Origin: an uncultured bacterium
Lineage (GTDB): Bacteria > Eisenbacteria > RBG-16-71-46
Assembly: GCA_964434945.1 (NCBI GenBank)
Contig: CAYSWZ010000037.1
Coordinates: 13,049 to 77,048 of the forward strand
Direction: 5' to 3'
DNA: 64,000 nt
Under the pieces are notes generated by a model. It had not been told where the DNA came from, searched no databases, and worked only from the letters and a program-made list of their open reading frames with translations. Below are positions 18,072 to 27,318 of this stretch, in pieces; position 1 is the first letter of the stretch, and each line of letters opens with the position of its first letter. Position numbers and translations under genes: made by a program.

Positions 18072-19985
18072 ATGGGTAAGGTCATCGGCATCGATCTCGG
18101 CACCACCAACTCGTGCGTCTCGGTCATGGAGGGCGGAGAGCCCAAGGTGATCGCGAACGCGGAGGGCTTCCGCACCACGCCGTCGGTGGTGGCGTTCGCC
18201 AAGAACGGCGAGCGCCTGGTGGGTCTGGTCGCGCGCCGGCAGGCGGTGACCAATCCCACGAACACGGTGTATTCGATCAAGCGCTTCATGGGCCGGCGTT
18301 TCGACGAGGTCGGGAGCGAGATGAAGCTCGTGCCCTACCAGGTCATCAAGGGCCCCAACGGGGACGTGCGCGTGAAGACCGGCGGCCAGGAGTTCTCGCC
18401 GCCCGAGATCTCCGCCATGATCCTCACCAAGATGAAGCAGACCGCGGAGGAGTACCTGGGCGAGAAGGTCTCCGAGGCGGTGGTCACCGTGCCGGCGTAC
18501 TTCAACGACAGCCAGCGCCAGGCCACCAAGGATGCCGGTCGCATCGCCGGGCTCGACGTCAAGCGCATCGTGAACGAGCCGACGGCCGCCGCACTCGCCT
18601 ACGGCCTCGACAAGAAGAAGGACGAGAAGGTCGCTGTCTTCGATCTCGGTGGCGGCACGTTCGACATCTCGATCCTCGAGATCGGCGACGGCGTGTTCGA
18701 AGTCCGCTCCACGAACGGCGACACCCACCTGGGCGGTGACGACTTCGACCAGAAGATCATCGACTGGCTCGCGGACGAGTTCAAGAAGCAGGAGGGCATC
18801 GACCTGCGCAAGGACGCGATGGCGCTGCAGCGTCTGAAGGAAGCCGCGGAGAAGGCCAAGTGCGAGCTGTCCGGCACGCTGTCGACCGACGTCAACCTGC
18901 CGTTCATCACCGCCGACCAGAACGGGCCCAAGCACCTCAACATCACGCTGTCGCGCGCGAAACTCGAGCAGATCGTCGGCGACCTGGTCGAGCGCTGCCG
19001 TGGCCCGGTGGTGCAGGCGTTGAAGGATGCCAACCTGACCGCGTCGCAGATCGACGAGGTCGTGCTGGTGGGCGGCTCGACCCGCATGCCGCGCGTGCAG
19101 GAGCTGGTGAAGGAGCTGTTCGGCAAGGAGCCGCACAAGGGCGTCAACCCCGACGAGGTGGTCGCCGTCGGCGCCGCGATCCAGGGCGCGGTGCTGGCCG
19201 GCGACGTGAAGGACGTGGTGCTGCTCGACGTCACGCCGCTGTCCCTCGGCATCGAGACGCTGGGTGGCGTGATGACGCCGCTCATCACCCGCAACACCAC
19301 CATCCCGACGCGGAAGAGCGAGACGTTCTCGACCGCGGGCGACATGCAGCCGTCGGTCGAGGTGCACGTTCTCCAGGGCGAACGCCCGATGGCGGCCGGC
19401 AACCGGAGCCTGGGCAAGTTCCACCTCGACGGCATCCGGCCGGCGCCGCGCGGCACGCCGAAGATCGAGGTCACGTTCGACATCGATGCGAACGGCATCC
19501 TGCACGTCTCGGCCCGCGACCAGGACACCGGCAAGGAGCAGAGCATCCGGATCGAGGCGTCGAGCGGGCTGAAGGAGAACGAGATCAAGAGCATGGTCGA
19601 GGACGCCGCGGCGCACGCCGAGGACGACCTGAAGCGGAAGGCGCTGGCCGAGGCACGCAACACCGCGGACGCGAAGGCGTACGAGGTGGAGAAGGGCATC
19701 GCCGACCACGGCGCCAAGCTCGACGACTCGGTCAAGGCCTCGCTGCAGGACAAGATCAAGGCCACGCGCGAGACGGTGAAGTCCGAGGACGTGAAGACCA
19801 TCGAAACGGCGACGGACGAGCTGGCGAGGGCGTGGATGCAGGCGGCGCAGGCGCTCTACCAGCAGGCGACGCCTCCCCCGGGCGGCACGCCGGGACCGGG
19901 CGGCCCGGAGGGTGACGCGGGTCACGAGCCGAAGCGGAAGCCGGGCGATGGCCCGGTGGACGCGGACTTCGAGGTCGTCAACTAA
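18072..19985 (+). CDS. dnaK: Molecular chaperone DnaK (Hsp70)
   Basis: [56 protein letters not shown]. Confidence 0.98.
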   Translation: MGKVIGIDLGTTNSCVSVMEGGEPKVIANAEGFRTTPSVVAFAKNGERLVGLVARRQAVTNPTNTVYSIKRFMGRRFDEVGSEMKLVPYQVIKGPNGDVRVKTGGQEFSPPEISAMILTKMKQTAEEYLGEKVSEAVVTVPAYFNDSQRQATKDAGRIAGLDVKRIVNEPTAAALAYGLDKKKDEKVAVFDLGGGTFDISILEIGDGVFEVRSTNGDTHLGGDDFDQKIIDWLADEFKKQEGIDLRKDAMALQRLKEAAEKAKCELSGTLSTDVNLPFITADQNGPKHLNITLSRAKLEQIVGDLVERCRGPVVQALKDANLTASQIDEVVLVGGSTRMPRVQELVKELFGKEPHKGVNPDEVVAVGAAIQGAVLAGDVKDVVLLDVTPLSLGIETLGGVMTPLITRNTTIPTRKSETFSTAGDMQPSVEVHVLQGERPMAAGNRSLGKFHLDGIRPAPRGTPKIEVTFDIDANGILHVSARDQDTGKEQSIRIEASSGLKENEIKSMVEDAAAHAEDDLKRKALAEARNTADAKAYEVEKGIADHGAKLDDSVKASLQDKIKATRETVKSEDVKTIETATDELARAWMQAAQALYQQATPPPGGTPGPGGPEGDAGHEPKRKPGDGPVDADFEVVN

Positions 19986-20008
19986 CTGACCGCACGCGAG
20001 AACCGAGG

Positions 20009-20049
20009 CGGCGGCGGGGACCCGAGAGCCCCCGCCGCCGTCGCGTTTT
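20009..20049 (+). terminator. Probable intrinsic terminator after dnaK
   Basis: 11-bp stem CGGCGGCGGGG/CCCCGCCGCCG with a 10-nt loop, followed by TCGCGTTTT. Confidence 0.6.
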
Positions 20050-20097
20050 CCGGCGCCCGCTGCAAGTCCGGGCGATCTCCACTAGATTGCCTCGGAC

Positions 20098-21657
20098 ATG
20101 AGCCCGACTCCCGAGATCCCGGCGAGCCTGCAGGGTATCGCCGTGGCGCTCTACGCCGCCTGCCAGGCTGGCCTGGTGGGCTACTCGGCGCATCGCTGGC
20201 GGATGCTGCGCGGAGGAGGTCCGCCATCGCCGTCGCCGGCGTGCTGGTGGTCGGCGGAGACCGCTCCGCGCGTGCTCGTTCAGCTTCCCGTCCGTGACGA
20301 GCCGGCTGTTGTCGCGCGGCTCGTGGCCGCCGCGGCGGCGCTCGACTGGCCGCGCGACCGCCTCGAACTCCAGCTCCTCGACGACTCGGGCGATGCCGCG
20401 GCCGCGCTCGGGGCCGAGGCCGTGGCGCGTGCGCGCGCGGCCGGCGTGAACGCCGTCCACCTGCGCCGGGGGCACCGGCACGGTTACAAGGCGGGTGCGC
20501 TCGCCGCGGGGCTCCGCGCGAGCACCGCCGAGTTCGTGGTGGTGTTCGATTCCGACTTCGTGCCGGCGCCGGACTTCCTGGTGCGGACGCTCACCTGGTT
20601 CGTGGAGCCGCGGGTCGGGCTGGTGCAGGCCCGCTGGGGGCACTTGAACCGTGACGCGAATCTCCTCACACGCGCGCAGGCGGTGATGCTCGACGCGCAT
20701 CTCCTCGTCGAGCACGCGTGGCGGCAGCGAGCCGGGCGCTACCTCAACTTCAACGGCACCGCCGGCGTCTGGCGCCGGGCCTGTATCGAGTCGGCGGGCG
20801 GTTGGTCGCACGACACACTCACCGAGGACCTGGACCTGAGCTACCGCGCGCAGCTCGCCGGCTGGCGCTTCGTGTTCGATCCCGCCGTGATCGTTCCGGC
20901 GGAGCTGCCCGAAACAATGTCGGCGTTCCGGACGCAGCAGCACCGCTGGGCCAAGGGCGCGCTGCAGACCGCCCGAAAACTGCTGCCCCGTGTGTTCCGC
21001 GCGCCACTGCCGTGGCCCATCAAACAAGAAGCGTTCGTCCACCTGACCGCGAACGCCACCTACCCGCTGCTCCTCGCGCTCGCGACGCTGCTCCTGCCGT
21101 TGCTGTTCGGGGCCCGTTCGCCGGCCGGCGCGTGGGTGATCGCGCTGCACGTCGCGGTCGTGGCCGCCGGCACGTTGCCGGTGGCGCTGTTCCTGCTTCG
21201 CGGCCAGCGCTTGGCCGGCCGGCGCGGCACGCAGGCGAGCGTGGACGTGGGCGCGGCGCTGATCCTGTGTGCCGGGCTGTCGTGGCACCTGGCGCGGGCC
21301 GTGATCGAGGGGTTGTGGGGCGCAACCGGGGAGTTCGTGCGCACTCCAAAAACCGGCGCGGGCCTGCGCCGGCCGCCGGCGCACGGCGCCGCCGCGCCGG
21401 CCTCGGTCCGAGCCGAGGGCCGCGCCGCGGGGCTCCCCGAGCTGGCGCTCGCCGCGATCTTCACGCTCGCGGCGGTGTGGGCGGTGCGCTCGGACCGGCC
21501 GGTGGTGATGCCCTTCCTCGTCGCGCTGTCCACGGGGCTCGTCTGGGTCGGCCTCGCGACCCGGCGCGGCTCGCGCGGGGCGAAGGCGCCGCGCGCCATG
21601 GCGCCGCGGACGCTTCGCGCGGGCATCCCGCGGGTGGGGACGGGCGCGGGCGGCTGA
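20098..21657 (+). CDS. Membrane-bound processive GT2 (cellulose synthase-like)
   Basis: LLDDS, GYKAGAL, FDSDF, TEDLDLS, QQHRWAKG (D,D,D,QxxRW set) plus N- and C-terminal TM helices. Confidence 0.85.
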   Translation: MSPTPEIPASLQGIAVALYAACQAGLVGYSAHRWRMLRGGGPPSPSPACWWSAETAPRVLVQLPVRDEPAVVARLVAAAAALDWPRDRLELQLLDDSGDAAAALGAEAVARARAAGVNAVHLRRGHRHGYKAGALAAGLRASTAEFVVVFDSDFVPAPDFLVRTLTWFVEPRVGLVQARWGHLNRDANLLTRAQAVMLDAHLLVEHAWRQRAGRYLNFNGTAGVWRRACIESAGGWSHDTLTEDLDLSYRAQLAGWRFVFDPAVIVPAELPETMSAFRTQQHRWAKGALQTARKLLPRVFRAPLPWPIKQEAFVHLTANATYPLLLALATLLLPLLFGARSPAGAWVIALHVAVVAAGTLPVALFLLRGQRLAGRRGTQASVDVGAALILCAGLSWHLARAVIEGLWGATGEFVRTPKTGAGLRRPPAHGAAAPASVRAEGRAAGLPELALAAIFTLAAVWAVRSDRPVVMPFLVALSTGLVWVGLATRRGSRGAKAPRAMAPRTLRAGIPRVGTGAGG

Positions 21658-21681
21658 AACGCGGCGCACGCCCGACGGGCG

Positions 21682-23019
21682 TCAGAGGCGTACGATCTTG
21701 GGCGAGTGCTTCCCGACCAGGGCGTTCCGCGTGTCCACGACGGCCTTCGACCACTTGAGCAGGGCGGCGTAGTCGATGCTCTTGTGCGCGGTGGCGATGA
21801 CCGCGCAATCGAATCGCTTCAACTGGGCCGCGGTGAACGGCACGCTCTTCATGACCGCGCCTGCGAACCGGATGCTCGGCACGTACGGATCGGTGTATTC
21901 GATCCTGGCGCCGCGCTCGCGGAGCTTCTCCATGATGTCGAGCGACGGGCTCTCGCGCACGTCGTCGATGTCGGCCTTGTATGCCACCCCCAGCACCAGG
22001 ACCCGCGAGCCGCGCACGGACTTGCCCCGGCGATTCAGCGCCTCGCCGACCAGGTCCACGACGTAGTCGGGCATGTGGCCGTTCACGTGCCCGGCCAGTT
22101 CGATGAAGCGGGCCTCGAATCCGCTCGCGCGCGCCTTCCACGACAGGTAGAACGGGTCGATCGGGATGCAGTGCCCGCCCAGCCCCGGCCCGGGGTAGAA
22201 CGGCATGAACCCGAACGGCTTCGTGGCCGCGGCGCGGATCACCTCCCACACGTCGATCTTCAGCCGCGCGCACATCAGGGCCAGCTCGTTCACCAGTCCG
22301 ATGTTGACGCTGCGGAACGTGTTCTCGAGCAGCTTGACCATCTCCGCGACCTGCGGCGAACTCACCGCCACCACGTGTTCCAGCCGCTGCCGGTAGAGCT
22401 GCACCGCCGCGCGCGTGCAGGCCTCGGTCACGCCGCCCACGACCTTGGGGATGTTGCGCGTGTTGAAGTCCGGGTTGCCCGGGTCCACCCGCTCGGGGGA
22501 GAACGCGAGGAAGAAGTCCTTGCCCACCTGCAACCCCGACTCGGCGAGCATCGGCAGCACCAGCTCGTCCGTGGTGCCGGGGTAGGTCGTGCTCTCGAGG
22601 ATCACCAGCTGGCCCTTGTGGAGATGGCGGGCCACCTCGGTCGCCGCCGCGACGATGAACGACACGTCGGGGTCGCGCTGCTTGCTGAGCGGCGTCGGCA
22701 CGCAGATGTTGACGGTGTCGCAGCGCTTGAGCACGGAGAAGTCGGTGGTGGCGACGAACCGCTTCTGGCGGACGAGCGCGCGCACGTCGGAGGTGGACAC
22801 GTCCTGGACGTAGGAGTGGCCCTGGTTCAGCTGTTGCACGCGCTTCCCGTCGATGTCGATGCCGAAAACCTCGAACCCGGCCTGCGCCAGTTCGATCGCG
22901 AGCGGCAAGCCGACGTAGCCGAGCCCGATGACGGCGAGCTTGGCGGTGCGATCGTGGAGGCGTTTCTCGAGCGTCTGGGCGGTGGATCCTGCGCGAGACG
23001 CCTTGCGTGGGGTGGGCAT
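21682..23019 (-). CDS. UDP-N-acetylhexosamine/nucleotide-sugar 6-dehydrogenase (WecC/WbpA/TviB family)
   Basis: GLGYVG, ICVPTP, ESTTYPG, SPER, KLLENTFR, GGHCIPID, AYKADIDDVRES. Confidence 0.9.
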   Translation of the reverse strand: MPTPRKASRAGSTAQTLEKRLHDRTAKLAVIGLGYVGLPLAIELAQAGFEVFGIDIDGKRVQQLNQGHSYVQDVSTSDVRALVRQKRFVATTDFSVLKRCDTVNICVPTPLSKQRDPDVSFIVAAATEVARHLHKGQLVILESTTYPGTTDELVLPMLAESGLQVGKDFFLAFSPERVDPGNPDFNTRNIPKVVGGVTEACTRAAVQLYRQRLEHVVAVSSPQVAEMVKLLENTFRSVNIGLVNELALMCARLKIDVWEVIRAAATKPFGFMPFYPGPGLGGHCIPIDPFYLSWKARASGFEARFIELAGHVNGHMPDYVVDLVGEALNRRGKSVRGSRVLVLGVAYKADIDDVRESPSLDIMEKLRERGARIEYTDPYVPSIRFAGAVMKSVPFTAAQLKRFDCAVIATAHKSIDYAALLKWSKAVVDTRNALVGKHSPKIVRL

Positions 23020-23372
23020 GAGCGGGGAACCGTAACAAAGCGCCGGAACGAGCGCCAATGCAGCGGGGCTCGCGCGCGGCGCGTGCGGTCCGTTCCCGCC
23101 CGGATGCGCCCGCGGGCGGGCAGGTGATCGGGAGGATTCACGCGGAGTGGGCGTTCGAGTGCTCGCGCCGGCGCGCGATTGAGCTTGAATCCGGGCAGGT
23201 GTTTCGGGAGAATTCGTACGCGAGGCTTCCTGTCATCGATCGTGCACTGCACGCCGAACTCCCCCGCAAGCGACCGGGACGTGCCGTCGCGAGCAGGGAC
23301 TCCCCGGCGAGCATCACGCGAGGATGGGTGCCTCCAATTCTTGGCCGGCCGACTTTGCGCTAGTCTCCCGGC

Positions 23373-24173
23373 GTGAACGCCGCCCCGCCCCCGGACCGTC
23401 TGGTCCGCTACGTCGCCGAGGGAGCCCCGCGCTATGGGCTCGACCGCAGCGACCACTTCGCCCGGCTCTCCGCCGCGCCGTGGCAGGGCGGCGCGCCGGT
23501 CGGCGCGCGCGACGATCCCGCGAGCACGCGGCTCGCCCCGAGCGAGCCGAGCAAGATCCTGTGCATCGGACTCAACTATGCGGAGCACGTCCGCGAGAGT
23601 CTCACCGTGACCCCGGGCGCCACGGCGCCGCCCGCCGAGCCCCTGTTCTTCTTCAAGCCGCCGAGCGCCGTCCTCGCGCCCGGCGCCGCGATCGTGAAGC
23701 CCGCCGGGCTCGAGCGCCTGGATCCGGAAGGGGAGATGGCGCTGGTGATCGGTCGCCGGGCGCGGCGCGTGAGCGAGGCCGACGCGCTCGCCTGTGTCGC
23801 CGGCGTGACCTGCTTCAACGACGTGAGCGCGCGCGACTGGCAGAAGCGCGACAGCCAGTGGTCGCGCGCGAAGGGCAGCGACACGTTCGCGCCTTTCGGT
23901 CCATGCGTCGCGCTGGGACTCGACCCGCGTGACCTCTCGCTCGAACTCGCCGTGAACGGCGAGACCCGCCAGCGCACGCGCACCTCGGGCATGCACTTCG
24001 GTCCGGCGTTCCTGGTGAGCTGGCTCTCGGGTTTCGTCACGCTCGAGCCCGGTGACCTGATCGCCACCGGAACGCCCGCCGGCATCGCGCCGATCGAGCC
24101 GGGCGACGTCGTGTCCGTGACGATCGAAGGGGTCGGGACGCTGTCGAACCCCGTCGCCGCGGGGAGCGCATGA
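23373..24173 (+). CDS. Fumarylacetoacetate hydrolase family protein
   Basis: KILCIGLNYAEH, FFKPPS, EGEMALVIG, NDVSARD, KGSDTFAPFGP, GDLIATGTP. Confidence 0.9.
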   Translation: MNAAPPPDRLVRYVAEGAPRYGLDRSDHFARLSAAPWQGGAPVGARDDPASTRLAPSEPSKILCIGLNYAEHVRESLTVTPGATAPPAEPLFFFKPPSAVLAPGAAIVKPAGLERLDPEGEMALVIGRRARRVSEADALACVAGVTCFNDVSARDWQKRDSQWSRAKGSDTFAPFGPCVALGLDPRDLSLELAVNGETRQRTRTSGMHFGPAFLVSWLSGFVTLEPGDLIATGTPAGIAPIEPGDVVSVTIEGVGTLSNPVAAGSA

Positions 24174-25819
24174 GCACGCCGCTCCTGATCGTCAACGGGC
24201 GCCTGTGGTCAGGCGTGCCGCTCGCCCACGATGCCGTGCTGGTGCGGAACGCCCGCATCGTGGCGCTCGGACGGGCCGCCGAGCTGTTGGACGTGGGCCC
24301 CGGCGCGCGCGTCGTGGACGCGGCCGGCGGCACCGTGACCCCGGGGCTGATCGACGCGCACATCCACTTCGTGCCGTGGGCGCGCGCGCGGCGCCAGCCC
24401 GACCTGGCCGGTGCGCGCACGCGGGCGGAGGCGCTGGCGAGGGTGGCCGCGGCACTCGCGACCACGCCCGCCGGCCGCTCCCCGGTCGTGGGGCGTGGCT
24501 GGGACGAGAGCGGGTGGGAGGCCGCGCCGGAGCGCGCCGCACTCGACACGCTCGCGCCGGAGCGGCCGCTGATCCTGCACCGGCACGACTTCCATGCGCT
24601 CTGGGTCAACTCGACCGCGCTCGCCGCGGCCGGCGTGACGCGCGCCACGCCCGACCCGGAAGGCGGCCGCTTCGAGCGCGATGGCAGCGGCGAGCCGACC
24701 GGGCTCGTGCGCGAGCACGCCGTGAGTGCGTTCCGCGCGCTGGAGGAAGAGGCGGCCCCGCCGATCGACGATGCGCTGCTGGCCGATGCCGCCGCCGCGC
24801 TGCACGCGGAGGGCATCACCGCGGTCCACGACTTCCAGCGCGAGCAGCCGGACTGGCGGCGCACGCGGGCGCTCGCCCGCCAGGGTCGCCTGCGCGTCCT
24901 GCAGCAGATCGGACTCGAGCAATTGCGACAGCGCACCGCGCTCGGGCTCGCCGCGGGCGGGGGAGACGACTGGTTCCGCACCGGCTCGCTCAAGCTCTTC
25001 GCGGACGGCACGCTCGGCTCGCGCACGGCCGCGATGCTCGAACCCTACGCCGACCACGGCGGCCGGGGCATGGCGATGCTGTCGCCGGGTGAGCTCGCCG
25101 GTTCGGTCGGCGAGGCCGCGGCGGCCGGATTCTCGGTGGCGATCCACGCCATCGGCGACGCGGCCGTGCGCCACGCGCTCGACGCCATCGCCACCCATCG
25201 CGCGGCGCTCGCCCGCCTGGCGCTCGCCCCGCGGATCGAGCACGTGCAGCTCCTCGCGGACGCCGACCTCCCGCGGTTCGCGGAGCTCGGTGTGGCGGCC
25301 AGCATGCAGCCGCAGCACGCCACCACCGACGCGCCCGTCGCGCGCGCCGCGTGGGGCTCGCGTTGCCGGATGTCCTACCCGTGGCGGTCGCTCCTCGCCG
25401 CGGGCGCACGGCTGGCGTTCGGCTCCGATGCGCCGGTCGAGCCCCCGCTCCCGCGTCTGGGCCTGGCCGCCGCGGTCGAGCGGGTGGGCACGGACGGACG
25501 GCCGTTCGAGCCGGCGCAGGCGATCGCGCTCGACGCCGCTCTCGCGGCCTACACGCATGTGCCGGCCGGGCTCGCGGGTGGGCACCTGGGTCCGGGAACG
25601 CTCGAGGTCGGCGCCCCCGCCGATCTCGTCGTCTGGGACCGGGATCTCCACGCCACCCCGTCCGGGCGCCTCGCCGAGGTGCGGCCCCGGCTCACGGCGC
25701 TCGCGGGGGAAATCGTGTATGACTCACGGCTCGAAGAGACGGGCCGGGGAGCCGGGGGAGCCCGGAGGCCCGGGGCGGCGCGCGGGCTCGCGCCCCGAGG
25801 GCAGGCGAGCGAGGGCTGA
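24170..25819 (+). CDS. Amidohydrolase 3 family (YtcJ-like)
   Basis: PGLIDAHIH, HDFHALWVNS, KLFADGTLGSRTA, HAIGD, RIEHVQ, GSDAPV, ADLVV. Confidence 0.88.
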   Translation: MSTPLLIVNGRLWSGVPLAHDAVLVRNARIVALGRAAELLDVGPGARVVDAAGGTVTPGLIDAHIHFVPWARARRQPDLAGARTRAEALARVAAALATTPAGRSPVVGRGWDESGWEAAPERAALDTLAPERPLILHRHDFHALWVNSTALAAAGVTRATPDPEGGRFERDGSGEPTGLVREHAVSAFRALEEEAAPPIDDALLADAAAALHAEGITAVHDFQREQPDWRRTRALARQGRLRVLQQIGLEQLRQRTALGLAAGGGDDWFRTGSLKLFADGTLGSRTAAMLEPYADHGGRGMAMLSPGELAGSVGEAAAAGFSVAIHAIGDAAVRHALDAIATHRAALARLALAPRIEHVQLLADADLPRFAELGVAASMQPQHATTDAPVARAAWGSRCRMSYPWRSLLAAGARLAFGSDAPVEPPLPRLGLAAAVERVGTDGRPFEPAQAIALDAALAAYTHVPAGLAGGHLGPGTLEVGAPADLVVWDRDLHATPSGRLAEVRPRLTALAGEIVYDSRLEETGRGAGGARRPGAARGLAPRGQASEG

Positions 25820-25821
25820 AC

Positions 25822-26430
25822 GTGGATTACACGGCACGCACGGACGCCGAACTGGTCGCGATCACGAACGCGGGCGACAACCGCGGCTTCGATGAGCTCG
25901 TGCGCCGTTACCGCGACCGCGTCTACCGCCTGTGCACGAAGATCCTGCGCCAGGAGGACGACGCGGCCGAAGCGCTCCAGGATGCGTTCCTGTCGGCGTA
26001 CCGCGGGCTGCCGCGGTTCAAGAGCGAATCCACGTTCTCCACCTGGCTCTACCGCATCGCCACGAACGCCAGCCTGATGAAGCTGCGGCGGCGCCGCCCG
26101 GGACACGTCTCGTACGAACAGTCCCAGAGCCCGACGCCGGACGCGGAGCCGCTGGCGCTCCCGGACTGGTCGGCGCAGCCGCTCGACGAGCTGCTGGACA
26201 GCGAGACGCGCGAGGTGCTCGGCCGCGAAGTGGAGACGCTGCCGGCCAGCGAGCGCGAAGTGTTCGTGCTGCGCGACATGATGGAGCAGTCGAACTCGGA
26301 CGTGGCGCAGGAGCTGGGTCTCAGCGTCGCGGCGGTCAAATCGCGACTGCACCGGGCGCGGCTCCACCTGCGGGACCGGATGAACCGCTACTTCCGCGAC
26401 CGGGTCATTCGGCCGCCCGGCAGCGCCTAG
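25822..26430 (+). CDS. ECF-type sigma-70 family RNA polymerase sigma factor
   Basis: Region 2 (FDELVRRY...QDAFL...FSTWLYRIATN) and region 4 (LPASEREVFVL...VKSRLHRAR). Confidence 0.9.
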   Translation: MDYTARTDAELVAITNAGDNRGFDELVRRYRDRVYRLCTKILRQEDDAAEALQDAFLSAYRGLPRFKSESTFSTWLYRIATNASLMKLRRRRPGHVSYEQSQSPTPDAEPLALPDWSAQPLDELLDSETREVLGREVETLPASEREVFVLRDMMEQSNSDVAQELGLSVAAVKSRLHRARLHLRDRMNRYFRDRVIRPPGSA

Positions 26431-26433
26431 GGG

Positions 26434-27264
26434 TCAGTGGCGAAACGCCCACATGAAAAGCGCGAGCGCCAGGATGACGCGATACGCCGCAAAGCCGCCA
26501 AAGCCGGCCTTCCGCAGCAGGCTCAGCATGAACCGGATGGCGATGAAGCCGAAGAAGGCCGAGCTCACCACGCCGATCGCGAGCGTCGTCACCGGCACCT
26601 CGGCGACCAGGTTCCGCGACTTGAGCAGCAGCTCGTACATCACCGCCGCGAGCGTGATGGGGATGGACACCATGAACGAGAAGCGCGCGCACGCGAGCCG
26701 GGACAGTCCGGCCGCTCGGCCCGCGGTCATGGTGATGCCCGAACGCGACACGCCCGGCACGAGCGCGAGGCACTGTGCGAATCCGACGCCGAGCGCCGTG
26801 CCCCAGCCGGGCGCACGCCCGTCGCGGCCGCGCCCCGCGAGCTTGTCGGCCAGCCACATCAGGATGCCGAACACCAGCAGCAGGGTCGCCTGCAGCGGCA
26901 CCGAGCGCAGCTTGTCCTCGAGATCGCCCAGCATCTTCCCGGCGATGAGCCCCGGAATCGTGGCGACGACGATCATGCCGAACGCGTTGCGCGCATCGGT
27001 GCGCAACGCCAGGTCCTTGCCGAACATGTCGCGCGCGAGCTGGAGCCAGTCGCCGAGGAACGCCGCCACGAGGGCGACGAGCGTGCCCGCGTGCAGCGCC
27101 ACGTCGAACGCCACGCCAACGTACGGCCAGCCGAGCAACGTCGGCACGATGAACAGGTGGGCGCTGCTCGAGACCGGAAGCAGCTCGGTGAGTCCCTGGA
27201 CGGCGCCGAGCACGAATGCCTGGAACGGCGACAGCACGGGTTCGGCGGCCACGAGCAGGAGCAT
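26434..27264 (-). CDS. uppP: Undecaprenyl-diphosphate phosphatase
   Basis: QGLTELLPVSSSAH, LHAGT, ATIPG, ALVPGVSRSG, ARFSF. Confidence 0.9.
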   Translation of the reverse strand: MLLLVAAEPVLSPFQAFVLGAVQGLTELLPVSSSAHLFIVPTLLGWPYVGVAFDVALHAGTLVALVAAFLGDWLQLARDMFGKDLALRTDARNAFGMIVVATIPGLIAGKMLGDLEDKLRSVPLQATLLLVFGILMWLADKLAGRGRDGRAPGWGTALGVGFAQCLALVPGVSRSGITMTAGRAAGLSRLACARFSFMVSIPITLAAVMYELLLKSRNLVAEVPVTTLAIGVVSSAFFGFIAIRFMLSLLRKAGFGGFAAYRVILALALFMWAFRH

Positions 27265-27318
27265 GGGCGCGCACGCTAACACGCCGGCCACCGTCGAGCG
27301 AAGCGGGAATCCCGTTTC

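Noticed and set aside
17994-19925. 643-aa ORF antisense to dnaK
   Set aside because: Long antisense ORFs opposite hsp70/dnaK are a known by-product of codon bias. It has no domain motifs and mirrors dnaK almost exactly.
23059-23372. Intergenic region as tRNA or riboswitch
   Set aside because: No cloverleaf, T-loop/CCA or recognisable riboswitch consensus on either strand. It is adequately explained as a divergent promoter region.
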